DNA of 64,000 nt from Candidatus Wallbacteria bacterium (GCA_028687545.1 JAQTZZ010000014.1:9348-73347), one strand, 5' to 3'. Positions 17,613 through 27,657 are shown, counted from the first letter of the stretch. The notes: generated by a model not told the origin, from the letters alone. Numbers and translations: made by a program.

Positions 17613-19049
17613 TCAGCTCTTCATCTTGACAACGACCCATGAGTCAGCGGTCGTGTTAAGGGCATTTATGACCACATTTTCGCCAGCCGTGACTTCCATG
17701 GAAGCTGTAGCTACGTCGTTTGAAGTGTATGTAGCCCAGGGAAGCGGATCATACAGGTAAGGTCCCTGGGATCCACCGCCGGCCGGGATCGTGATATTGT
17801 CGTCTTCGACTGAAAACACATCCTTGGCGAGATATCTGACGACTATTGTGCAGGAGGGCACAGTGTTGCCTGCAGCCACCCAGACCCTGAGATGTCCGGC
17901 ATAAGCGTCGGCGAGCTGCCTCTCTTCTGAATATCCGTTATCCCTTCCAGCCACCACCTGCGCTGAAATCTGATTGGCATTGGCGGAAAGATCCGGGATG
18001 GTCCTGAGCGTATAACTGCCTGCAGGCAGTTTGGGGAATTTGAAGTAGGCGTTAGTGGTACCTTCATATTTGGCGAAATACTTGACCCCTGTCACATCGC
18101 TCTGCGCTTCGACCACGAAGGCGACGCCGGATTTGCCCTTATCCATATCATAGTAAATCTTGTGGGTCGTGCCTGGCAGCGGATTGTTTCCGGAATGAGT
18201 CGGTCCGTTGGAATAGAGTGCCAGAGAGTATGTCAGAGTTCCAGTTTCAACGCTGGTGCCTGTATCGCCGGACACCTTGTCCAGCTGAATGTCATAGATG
18301 GTGGGCTGTCCGGAACCGGAAACGACCAGCTTGCCTTTGAATTCCTTCCACATCGGGCTGGGCGGATAAGCATATACATCTATCGGCTGACCTGTGACCG
18401 GAATATCCGTGATCGTGTAATCTCCGCTGGCAGTGGTCACGTCAGTGTAGCCGATTCCGGCAGATGTGGCTGTACCGCCGCTGCTGGCGCCGTTCACGAT
18501 GGACACAGTGACATTGGCGATCGGGTCGCCTAGCGAACCGTCTGCCGTCTTTTCGCGTACCTTACCCTGTACCACCCCGGTATTGTTCAGCGGAGTCTTC
18601 TCGAGGTAAACGGTGACTACATACTGCTGTCCGTCCTCTACCTGGATGGTTTTGGTGACTTCGATTTGATTGGCTCTCAGGGGAGCAGCGCTGCTGGTCG
18701 TATTCTGATTGTTTTCAGAATTTGTCGGATTCTGATAGCCGTATTTTTCCACGATGATCGAATACTCGGAATTGGACAGGCCTTCAAAAATGTAAGCATC
18801 GCCGGGACCATTGGCTTTGGTGAGCTGCCTGCTGAAAATGCCATTGTTATCAGTGGTTCCTTTCTCACCATTATAAATCCTGACGGTCGCATCAGCGATC
18901 GTGGCTCCGGCAGGCTTGGCTTCCTGAACGTAGACCACCAGCCTGGAGCCTCTGGCTCCGCCGTCCCCGCCGCATCCGATCAGCAGCGAGAGAAAGAAAG
19001 CAAGAAGACTGAATAACAGGATCCTTTTCTTGAGACTTACCCTTTCCAT
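17613..19049 (-). CDS. Lipoprotein with carboxypeptidase-regulatory-like beta-sandwich domains
   Basis: GGAGG RBS before ATG 19049, lipobox LIGC, repeated G.V.G.V..PIANVTV and T..SGDYTITDIP motifs. Confidence 0.72.
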   Translation of the reverse strand: MERVSLKKRILLFSLLAFFLSLLIGCGGDGGARGSRLVVYVQEAKPAGATIADATVRIYNGEKGTTDNNGIFSRQLTKANGPGDAYIFEGLSNSEYSIIVEKYGYQNPTNSENNQNTTSSAAPLRANQIEVTKTIQVEDGQQYVVTVYLEKTPLNNTGVVQGKVREKTADGSLGDPIANVTVSIVNGASSGGTATSAGIGYTDVTTASGDYTITDIPVTGQPIDVYAYPPSPMWKEFKGKLVVSGSGQPTIYDIQLDKVSGDTGTSVETGTLTYSLALYSNGPTHSGNNPLPGTTHKIYYDMDKGKSGVAFVVEAQSDVTGVKYFAKYEGTTNAYFKFPKLPAGSYTLRTIPDLSANANQISAQVVAGRDNGYSEERQLADAYAGHLRVWVAAGNTVPSCTIVVRYLAKDVFSVEDDNITIPAGGGSQGPYLYDPLPWATYTSNDVATASMEVTAGENVVINALNTTADSWVVVKMKS

Positions 19050-19344
19050 AGCCTTCCTCCATATAAAATAAGTTTTTTCTCGCGATTTACTCAATCTATC
19101 GGCCGAAGAATTCCTGTAATTAACTCCTTTTTAATACCAATCGACCGGTTTCCCATTTTTTTTTAAAAAAGTATTGACACAGCTCCATTTTTTCTTTAAC
19201 ATCCCCAATATATCCGCCGGAATGCCTCTAGAATGCGGTATTCGCGGCTGCCGTCGGGACAGGTTTTCCAGCATAATGTATATCGTCATTTTTATGGGAA
19301 AATCTAAATTAACGGCTGAAAAATCTTTGGGAGGAAGCTATATC

Positions 19345-19749
19345 ATGGCTTATGGCTACTGCAATGATTGCGGCTTCGAGGGGAAGCTCACCAAGAACAA
19401 CCATTGTCCGGACTGCAACAGTGATGATATCGAATTCATCGAGGACGATCCCTCTCTGGGCGATGGCGAGGAAGTAAAGGACATTGAAACACCTGAAGAA
19501 GACGACCTTGCGGACGACTTCGATGACGGGGACCTGAATTACGATGTCGTGGATGAGCTGGAATTCGAAGAGGATTTTGAAGACGATTTTCTGGACGAGG
19601 ATCTTCCTGAAGAGGATGATGATGAAGACCAGGACAAAGGCAAAGGTAAAAGCAAAGATATTGATGATGACGATTCCGAAGACGATACAGGTGATGATTC
19701 AGTAAAGAAACCGCTCAGCAAAGATAAAAAGAAGAAAAAAGTCAATTGA
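19345..19749 (+). CDS. Small zinc-ribbon protein with long Asp/Glu tract and basic C-terminus
   Basis: GGAGG RBS at 19329; MAYGYCNDC..HCPDC, then a D/E-rich tract, ending KDKKKKKVN. Confidence 0.75.
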   Translation: MAYGYCNDCGFEGKLTKNNHCPDCNSDDIEFIEDDPSLGDGEEVKDIETPEEDDLADDFDDGDLNYDVVDELEFEEDFEDDFLDEDLPEEDDDEDQDKGKGKSKDIDDDDSEDDTGDDSVKKPLSKDKKKKKVN

Positions 19750-21323
19750 TGTTTGACCAGAAGCCCGACGCCCTGAAGCTGATCAACACTGCCAAGAAAA
19801 GTCTGGAATCCCCGATCAGATACCAGGAAGCCGAAATCGAACTGACTAAAAGCGGGCTGCTTCTCAAAGGGAGCGATCCTTCCGGGGCTCTGCAGCACGC
19901 TCACAAGGCTATCGGCCTTAATCCGAAAAATGTGTCCGCTTACCTGATGGCGGTTAAATGTTTCGATGAAGAGAAAAAAATCGGAGATGCCATTGCCCTG
20001 CTTGAATTCGCTCGGACAATCAATCCCACTTACAAAATCTATGAGGAACTCTCCCGCCTGTACCAGGAAATAAGCGAACCTGTCAAAGCCCTGACTCTGT
20101 GGCAGGCCTATCTTGAACATTTCCCGAATCAGAGCAAAGGGTATCTCCAGATCGCCGAATTATACTGGAGCGCGCAGAGCTACGAGGCAGCTCTCTCTCA
20201 TTTTTCCCGGGCAGGGGAAATCGAATCCGACAGTCTCAAAATCCAGTTGTCGATCGCCGGGTGCCTGGAACAGCTTCGCAGATTCGATGAAGCCGGAAAA
20301 ATCTATCAGAAATGCCTGGAATGGGAATTGAGCCTCAAGGACAGGCTGCTGATCATCAAAAACCTGGCCCATCTCTGCGAAGAACGGAAGTTCTTTCTCA
20401 AAGCAACGGAGTACATGGAACAATATCTGTCGCTGGATCCGAATCCAAGGGATTATGAATATCAGGGAGATCTCTTCCTCAGAGCCGGAAAGAGAAAAGA
20501 CGCAATCACAGCATTTCAGAAATCCTTTAAGACCGACAATCTCAATTTTAAACTGGCTCTCAAAATTTCAGGAGTATATTATCTTCTGCTCTCACAATCG
20601 CGAGATTCAGCACACTGGCTCCAGAAAGCCCTGGAAATCAATCCGGAAGCCAAAGACATCTTCACTTTTCTGGAGAAGATGTCACGTGGTGAGAACGTGG
20701 CGGTGGATTTCCGTCAATACTGGAATCTACATCTGGATCTGGAACTGACGGATTCAGAAAATCTGGCTGACTCTGAACCCGACTACCTGACCGAAACCGC
20801 CAAAGCTGTCACCGATTCCCACTACAATCTGGAGAATTTCCTGTTCCAGAGATTTGCGGACTTTCAGAAGAGCCTGACCTCATTTCTGGCTGAAGAATCC
20901 AGATTTCTGAAAGAGTGCGAGCAGTCGCTGGGGTTTGTAAGGGAAATGGTAAACATGAAAATGAATGCAATCCGCACTGCACCCGAGCGGCTCGAACCGG
21001 AATTGATACTCAGGGACCTTCCCGGAACCATCAAAAGTATATCGTCCGGCTACAAAAAGCCTTCAACAGCCATCAGGAAAGGCATTGCCAGGATCGGCGA
21101 GAGATTCTCAGATCTCGACAAACTGGGGGCAGAAATCACGCTGGTGCTGGACGAAATTTCCAGCGAATTCCAGATTTTTCACCATAAGCTCAGAAACCTG
21201 GACCGGCTTCCGGTAGAAGTCAGAAAAAAAGAGATGCATGATCTTTCACTGGATTTTCAGAAAAAAATCTCAGGCTTACTTTTGAAACTCGATCAAAAAA
21301 AGATTACCGGAACCGAGGATTAA
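19746..21323 (+). CDS. Cytoplasmic TPR protein with C-terminal helical domain
   Basis: Multiple TPR-like repeats (A..INP.Y), no signal peptide; 4-nt overlap with the upstream gene. Confidence 0.78.
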   Translation: MMFDQKPDALKLINTAKKSLESPIRYQEAEIELTKSGLLLKGSDPSGALQHAHKAIGLNPKNVSAYLMAVKCFDEEKKIGDAIALLEFARTINPTYKIYEELSRLYQEISEPVKALTLWQAYLEHFPNQSKGYLQIAELYWSAQSYEAALSHFSRAGEIESDSLKIQLSIAGCLEQLRRFDEAGKIYQKCLEWELSLKDRLLIIKNLAHLCEERKFFLKATEYMEQYLSLDPNPRDYEYQGDLFLRAGKRKDAITAFQKSFKTDNLNFKLALKISGVYYLLLSQSRDSAHWLQKALEINPEAKDIFTFLEKMSRGENVAVDFRQYWNLHLDLELTDSENLADSEPDYLTETAKAVTDSHYNLENFLFQRFADFQKSLTSFLAEESRFLKECEQSLGFVREMVNMKMNAIRTAPERLEPELILRDLPGTIKSISSGYKKPSTAIRKGIARIGERFSDLDKLGAEITLVLDEISSEFQIFHHKLRNLDRLPVEVRKKEMHDLSLDFQKKISGLLLKLDQKKITGTED

Positions 21324-22174
21324 AGGCAGTAATACCTGTTCCTGGCTTCATTGTAATATGTGCAGTATGGATAGTGAGTGATCACTGTGTAATAGGCAGC
21401 CTTGGCATCCGCGATTTTGTTGAGCTTTTCCTGATAAAGCACTCCAATCCTGTACCAGGTATCCCCGCCCAGGTAAGTACTGTCGTTTTCGGCGAGATCT
21501 TTGTAATACTTGATCGCCACTTCGTATGTAGCCTGAGGCCGCTCCTCATAACTTTTCCCCAGATAATAATCCGCCATTTTCCTGGTAGCGCTGTTGCCGT
21601 GAAGTTCATAATTCATCAGTACTTTCTGAAGCTCTGTGATGGCAGTTTCAAATTCAACCTCTTCTGAAGCTTTGCGGTATTTGCATTCCCCGATTCCGAG
21701 CTGGGCGTCGGCAGCCAGAGAATGGTCGGAATATTCTGTCAGGAAAGCCTGGTATTTCACCACTGCCTCGTCGAAGCCGTGTTTTTCCGAATATTTGCAG
21801 CAATTACCGATACCGAGCATCGCCAGAGGCCTGTAAGGGCTGTATGGATAATTCTGAGTCACCTTCGTGAAGGCCTGGATCGCTTCTTCGTATTTGGTCT
21901 GCTGGTAGTAAGAGTCCCCTACCAGATACTGCACTTCTTCCACATCCTGGTCGCTTTCCGAGGAATAACGGGCGACATACTGTGTCCCCCGGGATATCGT
22001 CTGGTCCCAGTCCCTGGTGGCATAATCCTTTTTCACCAGCCGGTAATCTGTCCCCCGTTCCTGATCATTCCATTGATCAGTATTGTTCAGCGTCTGCCCG
22101 AGCGGAGAGCTTCCGCAGCCGATGAAGACGGCGGCAGCAACAACCATTATCAATAGAAACCATTTGAAACTCAT
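21320..22174 (-). CDS. TPR lipoprotein (BamD/CpoB-like)
   Basis: Lipobox FIGC; repeats of A..F..V...YP.S.....A...IG. Confidence 0.78.
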   Translation of the reverse strand: MSFKWFLLIMVVAAAVFIGCGSSPLGQTLNNTDQWNDQERGTDYRLVKKDYATRDWDQTISRGTQYVARYSSESDQDVEEVQYLVGDSYYQQTKYEEAIQAFTKVTQNYPYSPYRPLAMLGIGNCCKYSEKHGFDEAVVKYQAFLTEYSDHSLAADAQLGIGECKYRKASEEVEFETAITELQKVLMNYELHGNSATRKMADYYLGKSYEERPQATYEVAIKYYKDLAENDSTYLGGDTWYRIGVLYQEKLNKIADAKAAYYTVITHYPYCTYYNEARNRYYCL

Positions 22175-22191
22175 GATATCCTCCGCGTTCT

Positions 22192-23160
22192 TCAGAAAGT
22201 GTAGTTCAATCCGACATCGACAGTGTGGAAATCGAAATCATATCTGTAGAGGTTGGAATTTCTCCGCTCGTTCGATAGCCTTGCGAAAACCTCGTGATTG
22301 CGCAGTTTTTTGACCAGTTCCAGGGAATTACGCCCTACGCTGTCTTCCCTGGCCCGTTTGTCCGACGGCTGAGTCAGGTCAAAATCCTTGTGGCAATAGC
22401 TGTAATCCAAAGCGATTTTCCAGGAATGAATCTGATAGCTCCAGCTGATGGATGGATAAGTTTCTAGAAATGAATAGTATTCCTGCCTCGATCTGCGGTG
22501 CTCCTGTCTGTATCCGATTTTAAAGGCATGATGGCCATTCTGATAAAACATATAGGGGAAAAAAATCCGCTCTCTGGCGTCACGCTCGTCTACTGAATAA
22601 AAATTGTAATTATTCAGGATCCCCTCAAATCCCAGGCATTTGAATTCGCAAACCAATTTGTATTTTTCCTGATAAAAGAATTTTCCCTGGGCATATTCTT
22701 CATAATAAATTCCGGGCACAAACACCATTTTCCAGCTGCTCCAGTGGAAACCAAGCTCAGTCTCGAAATCGTTCCACCATCGATTTTCATGACTGTAATG
22801 GCGGAATGAATACAGGCTGAATCTATCGTTTAAGTTAAATATGAGATAGGGATGATAACCGACATACCGCCCCCAGAGCGTAGGCTGCACGGCGACATCC
22901 TTGTTTTCAGAGTCACTGTATTTTGGATCGATGAAGTCATCGATTTCAGGGATGAAGTTTAAATCAGACTGGTAATGACCGTTGAGGCTGCAGTCCAGTT
23001 CAAAATGGCCCTTGAGCCTGGACAGACGGTCTCGATGCACGGGTTCCTTCAATACTTCGGAAGTGGCATAGGCCGAGAGCAGCTGACGTTCGCTGATACC
23101 GACCGCCATGCAACCGGAAACAATAAGGAAAAGGCAGATAAAGGACAGCCTTGCTTTCAT
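22192..23160 (-). CDS. Putative outer-membrane beta-barrel protein
   Basis: Signal peptide, aromatic-rich amphipathic strands, C-terminal VGLNYTF. Confidence 0.65.
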   Translation of the reverse strand: MKARLSFICLFLIVSGCMAVGISERQLLSAYATSEVLKEPVHRDRLSRLKGHFELDCSLNGHYQSDLNFIPEIDDFIDPKYSDSENKDVAVQPTLWGRYVGYHPYLIFNLNDRFSLYSFRHYSHENRWWNDFETELGFHWSSWKMVFVPGIYYEEYAQGKFFYQEKYKLVCEFKCLGFEGILNNYNFYSVDERDARERIFFPYMFYQNGHHAFKIGYRQEHRRSRQEYYSFLETYPSISWSYQIHSWKIALDYSYCHKDFDLTQPSDKRAREDSVGRNSLELVKKLRNHEVFARLSNERRNSNLYRYDFDFHTVDVGLNYTF

Positions 23161-23241
23161 CCCCTAAACCATCGGCCTTTATGGTAATTTTGTTTAGCAG
23201 ATTTGAATGTTGGTACTCTGGTAGGTTAGCATGGAAGCCGG

Positions 23242-24219
23242 ATGAAATCTGCAGTTGCCTTTTTTTCCGCGCTGATATTAATCACAGGTGCAACGTTCTA
23301 TCATAAGTTAACGGGACCGCCGTTTGATTCGGATAACTTTCTGATCTTTAACACTTTCTGCGAAATCAAGATTTCGGGAGGTGGCGCGGTTGAAGTCAGG
23401 GAAGCCAGATCCAGAATGGAACAAGCGCTTGCTCCTTTCTCCCTCGACACAAAGGAGGGCATACCATCGGAGCTCACGATTTTAAATCGCGACAAAATTC
23501 TAAAAAACCCTTCGCCTCATTTTCTCCGCTGTTTGACCCTGGCCCGGGATTTTTTCGAAAAAACTGGAGGATGGTTCGATCCCTCGATTTACACCCTGAT
23601 GGATGCTTACGGATTTTATGACGGTAAGCATCGCCTCCCGTCTGACCTTGAACTCAATAGAATCATTTCCGAAAACACGCACCTGAAACTGATGCTGTCC
23701 TCCAGAGAGATCAGCATCGATCCCAGTCAATCCCTGGACCTCGGGGCGATCGTAAAGGGATACGCCATCGACTCTGCTGTGGAATATCTCTCAAATCAGA
23801 ATCTCAATGGATTCCTGATCAATTTCGGAGGAGAAGTAGCGGCTTTTGGCAAAAATGGGGACAGAGCGTGGCGGGTCGGGTTGAGGGATCCGTCAGGGAA
23901 CGGTATCATCGGTGATTTTGCGCTGGACCGGATAATTTCCACTTCCGGCGATTACAACAACCGCTTCGAAGTGGAGGGGCGGGTAATAATCCATATTTTT
24001 TCGCCCTTTTCAGGCCGAAACGACAGCGATCTGAAAAGTGTGAGCGTCTTCTCCAGGTCAGGAGCGGAGGCAGACGCTCTCTCTACTGCTCTCTTCGCCA
24101 TGGGGTCAGAGGAAGCCGGGAAATTCGCCGTGAAATCGGGGATCCCGGTAATTCTGATCAATTCTGCGGGAGAAATTCAGAGGATCGGAAATGCGCCGGA
24201 AATTCTTCAAAACAAATGA
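23242..24219 (+). CDS. apbE: FAD:protein FMN transferase (ApbE/FmnB)
   Basis: GWFDPSI, DLGAIVKGYAID, NFGGEV, STSGDY, ADALSTALFAMG. Confidence 0.93.
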   Translation: MKSAVAFFSALILITGATFYHKLTGPPFDSDNFLIFNTFCEIKISGGGAVEVREARSRMEQALAPFSLDTKEGIPSELTILNRDKILKNPSPHFLRCLTLARDFFEKTGGWFDPSIYTLMDAYGFYDGKHRLPSDLELNRIISENTHLKLMLSSREISIDPSQSLDLGAIVKGYAIDSAVEYLSNQNLNGFLINFGGEVAAFGKNGDRAWRVGLRDPSGNGIIGDFALDRIISTSGDYNNRFEVEGRVIIHIFSPFSGRNDSDLKSVSVFSRSGAEADALSTALFAMGSEEAGKFAVKSGIPVILINSAGEIQRIGNAPEILQNK

Positions 24220-24541
24220 CTTGCTGCTGCCCATTCTAGTGATTCTGCTGGCTTTATCCGGATCCGGAAAAAAAGGGGACCGGGTGGAAATCCAAAACGG
24301 AGTGAGCCTGCTCTCTTATTCACTGTCAGCTGAACGCCTGATCGAAATCAGCGGAAAATTTCCCCTGAAAATCCGGATCAGTGAAGGGCAGGTTTCAGTT
24401 TACGGATCTCTTTGTCAGAATCACATCTGCGAAAAGATGGGAAAAATCAGCGCTCCTGGTGAATGCATTGTCTGTGTGCCGGCTAGAATCATAATCAGGA
24501 TCAAGGGGGATTCCGGTGAGCTCGACGCTATCTGCCAGTAA
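24191..24541 (+). CDS. NusG domain II / DUF1312 (EetA-like) membrane-anchored protein
   Basis: N-terminal TM, C..HIC.KMG.IS..G..IVCVP.RI motif. Confidence 0.85.
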   Translation: MRRKFFKTNDLLLPILVILLALSGSGKKGDRVEIQNGVSLLSYSLSAERLIEISGKFPLKIRISEGQVSVYGSLCQNHICEKMGKISAPGECIVCVPARIIIRIKGDSGELDAICQ

Positions 24542-25046
24542 AAGAGTTGCTCTGGCCGCCACCCTGCTTTCCATGGCCATCTGTGCAAGCCTGCTGGACA
24601 CATCCCTCCAGACTTACTTCCAAACCATGCCGTTTCTCAGGCTGGGCCTCTCAAATATCTTTGTACTCCTCGGGGTGCTCCTGCTGCCTGTTTCAGAGGC
24701 TCTCCTGATTGCGACCGGAAAAGTGCTGCTGCCCGGAATCATACTGGGAAATCTGGGGCCTTCGTTCCTGCTTGCAGCAACAGGCACGGCGTTTTCCTTC
24801 CTCGTCATGCTGATCACCCGGAAAAAATCGTCAATTTATTTCATTTCACAGTCAGGCGCAATTTTTCACAACCTGGGGCAATTCATAGCTTTGAGCTTTG
24901 TGCTTCCCGAAGCAGTCACACCAGGAATGCTCCGCCTGCTGCTCCTCTCTTCCATTCCGGGCGGGATTATAGTCGCAGCCTGCACGTATCTTGTACTTTA
25001 CCGCGCTGAGGTTTTTCTTGAATCGAGCTTACCGGATACACTATAA
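24516..25046 (+). CDS. Gx transporter family / heptaprenyl diphosphate synthase component I (EetB-like) membrane protein
   Basis: P.LRLGLSN, S.SGAIFHNLGQ motifs; multiple TM segments. Confidence 0.85.
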   Translation: MSSTLSASKRVALAATLLSMAICASLLDTSLQTYFQTMPFLRLGLSNIFVLLGVLLLPVSEALLIATGKVLLPGIILGNLGPSFLLAATGTAFSFLVMLITRKKSSIYFISQSGAIFHNLGQFIALSFVLPEAVTPGMLRLLLLSSIPGGIIVAACTYLVLYRAEVFLESSLPDTL

Positions 25047-25120
25047 TAATCTATGGAATTCTTGCAGAATGTTTTTTCACTATGTTTCGGATACTATTTT
25101 GCTAGAGGCTCAGTGTATCT

Positions 25121-26542
25121 ATGAATAAAAAATGGACAGTCTTCTTCCTCATACTGTACTCCATACTGATCGCATATCTTTATCAGGAGCGCTTCAACCT
25201 GATCAACAGGTCCCGTGGATATGCGATACCTGCTTTTTCAGAATCAGAATCCCTGACCAGGACAATGCTTGTCTGCCCGGAACTTTTTCCCCAGAAAGCC
25301 GACAGGGTCAACTACCAGATCTGGGAAGGAGATCCAGGCTCCTGGTTTGGTGAAAACCGTTTTTCCAGGCTGCTCTGTCTTTTCCTGATCCTCCTCACTG
25401 TAACCTGGTTCCTGATCTATCTGAAGCTGTTCAGGGAGGTAATGCTGCTGAATCTCCTGTCATTGGCAGCTTATCTATTTTGCGCAGCCTTCATCCTGCT
25501 GCCTTTGTCATATCTTGCCAAAGACCAGACTCTTCTCCTGTATGCAAAGACCATGTTCTTCATTCTCTGCTTCTACCTGGCAAAGAACCTTGCCGGATGG
25601 CTGCACCAGTATCCCCCAGGTTTGAGGGCTGTCGCAGTCTTACCACTTGTTTTCAACCTGATCCCAGCCTACCTGTTTTTTATTTTTGTAACAAGCGCCA
25701 AACCTGTGCTGCTGAACTTCGAAACTCTGCACCTTCAGACAGGTTCCTATCCGCTGGCTCTTAGATTACCCGAGAGAAATGGTCGTTTTTTCATGGTGTT
25801 TCAGCTTTACAACAAGGATTCCAAGCTCGACTCCTTTGCCAGACAGATCGATCTCACAGACGACATGCTGCTGACCTCTTCCCTTTTTTCCATGCCAGTC
25901 CTGGGGTGCTCAGATCAGGTGAACCCGGAACTGATTGTCAGGAATCTGACTGCCAGACAGATCGGGAAGAAGCTCAAATTCACGGGTGACAATATCAGGA
26001 TCTATCCTCAGGAAGCTGAGATAGTCATACCACCCGGGGAATCCAGGACACTCAAGCTCAACCTGATACCCTCTCTGCCTGGGACTCAGGAAATCAGCAT
26101 TGACTGCGGCAATCAAAAGATTTCCTGGCCGGTTTTCGTCTCATACCCTGAAGGCCCCTGTGATGAATCACTGGATAGCGGGGACTTCTCACTCCGTTCT
26201 TCCTGGGAAAAGATCAACCGGAGCTTGCAGCTGATTCTGGAAGTGACCAATAAAAACGATTTTCAACACAGTTTCACGCTGGTATTGCCCGAACTTCCCG
26301 GGCTCAAACCAGAGCATCCTGGAATCACCAGATTCGGCTGCACCTATCTGCTTGAGAACAGCCAGATCGGACCCAACAACAAAGTTTTCATCACTATCCC
26401 TTATCGTGAAATCATCCCAGGCACTTACAAAGGACGGAAAATGGTGATCTTCATGTATGGAGATACGCAGCCTGTCCATAAGGAATCCATCAAAATCCCG
26501 GATTACATGGTCGAAGAAGCATGCCTTGACGTGACGATGTAA
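25121..26542 (+). CDS. Hypothetical membrane protein with C-terminal Ig-like beta domains
   Basis: 473 aa; about 5 TM segments followed by a beta-rich soluble region. Confidence 0.7.
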   Translation: MNKKWTVFFLILYSILIAYLYQERFNLINRSRGYAIPAFSESESLTRTMLVCPELFPQKADRVNYQIWEGDPGSWFGENRFSRLLCLFLILLTVTWFLIYLKLFREVMLLNLLSLAAYLFCAAFILLPLSYLAKDQTLLLYAKTMFFILCFYLAKNLAGWLHQYPPGLRAVAVLPLVFNLIPAYLFFIFVTSAKPVLLNFETLHLQTGSYPLALRLPERNGRFFMVFQLYNKDSKLDSFARQIDLTDDMLLTSSLFSMPVLGCSDQVNPELIVRNLTARQIGKKLKFTGDNIRIYPQEAEIVIPPGESRTLKLNLIPSLPGTQEISIDCGNQKISWPVFVSYPEGPCDESLDSGDFSLRSSWEKINRSLQLILEVTNKNDFQHSFTLVLPELPGLKPEHPGITRFGCTYLLENSQIGPNNKVFITIPYREIIPGTYKGRKMVIFMYGDTQPVHKESIKIPDYMVEEACLDVTM

Positions 26543-26636
26543 TATCAGACATCCTGCCATTTTGAGGTGTGCTGAAAAAAAAGGGACACCAACAGTATGG
26601 TAAGCAGTATCTTTTTTAGTGATTTAGATTCTATAA

Positions 26637-27656
26637 TTATTTTTCAATACTACCCTGATGAACCACTTTCGATTTCCCTGTCCCTTCGCTGATCCGGAAT
26701 CCGGCAGCCTCGATCTCGGCAATGATGCCGTCCAGATTGTCCAGCACGCAATCGCAATCGATATTCTTGCCTGGATAAATTTCATATAATCTGCGGTTTC
26801 TGGCGGGTGTCAGAGACGGCATTATTACATTGGCGCCTGCCTTCAGTCCCTCCACTCTTCCCTCAGGCCGCACTGTGACCAGTGCAGTAGTGGCAGGTAT
26901 GTTGGCGAGCGGGTTCAGAATCCGCAGGAGTGCCGTATAGCGCAGGGTGGTTTGATAATCCCCGCCTAGCTCATCTGACAGCGGTGTTCCGGGATGCGGA
27001 ATGAACGGTCCGCAGCCGAGCATGTCAAGCTTCAATTCAGAAAGCCTGAGCAGACTGTCAGCCAGGTCGTCAATTCCCTCTCCCGGCAGGCCGATGATGA
27101 TGCCTGACCCGGTTTCATAACCCAGTCCCTGCAATCTGCCAAGCAGCTCAAGCCTCTTTTCAAAATCGCAGCCAGGCCTCATTTTTTGATAGTTTTCCCG
27201 GTTGAACGTCTCGATCTTCATCAGGTAGCGGTCTGCGCCAGCTTCGCGCCACATCCTGTAAACCTCAGGATCATGTTCACCAAGGGACAGGGTAACGTCT
27301 ACAGACACGCGGTCCTTGATCCCTCTGACGATATCAGCAATGTCTTCTGCCTTGTAAAAATCGTCTTCTCCTGATTGGAGTACGATCGTATTCAGACCTT
27401 TTTTCAGGTGATGTGCCAGCACGGCCAGCGAGATTACTTCGGCAGGCGGAAGGCGATAGCGCTGCAGGCTCCTGTTGCTCCGCCTGATCCCGCAATAGGC
27501 GCAATCCCTGGCGCAGACATTGGATAATTCAATGATCCCTCTCAGATGGACCTGATTTTCAAAATGCTGAGCCCGGGTTTCAAAAGCTTCCTGGAAAAGA
27601 GCATGGTCATTGGAACCGGCAAGCAGAGCTTTGATTCCCGGGTGATCAAGATTCAT
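26637..27656 (-). CDS. hydE: [FeFe]-hydrogenase maturation radical SAM protein HydE
   Basis: LRGIIELSNVCARDCAYCG, LQSGED, GPFIPHPGTPL, NIPATTAL, GANVIMP, YEIYPGK. Confidence 0.88.
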   Translation of the reverse strand: MNLDHPGIKALLAGSNDHALFQEAFETRAQHFENQVHLRGIIELSNVCARDCAYCGIRRSNRSLQRYRLPPAEVISLAVLAHHLKKGLNTIVLQSGEDDFYKAEDIADIVRGIKDRVSVDVTLSLGEHDPEVYRMWREAGADRYLMKIETFNRENYQKMRPGCDFEKRLELLGRLQGLGYETGSGIIIGLPGEGIDDLADSLLRLSELKLDMLGCGPFIPHPGTPLSDELGGDYQTTLRYTALLRILNPLANIPATTALVTVRPEGRVEGLKAGANVIMPSLTPARNRRLYEIYPGKNIDCDCVLDNLDGIIAEIEAAGFRISEGTGKSKVVHQGSIEK

Positions 27657-27657
27657 T

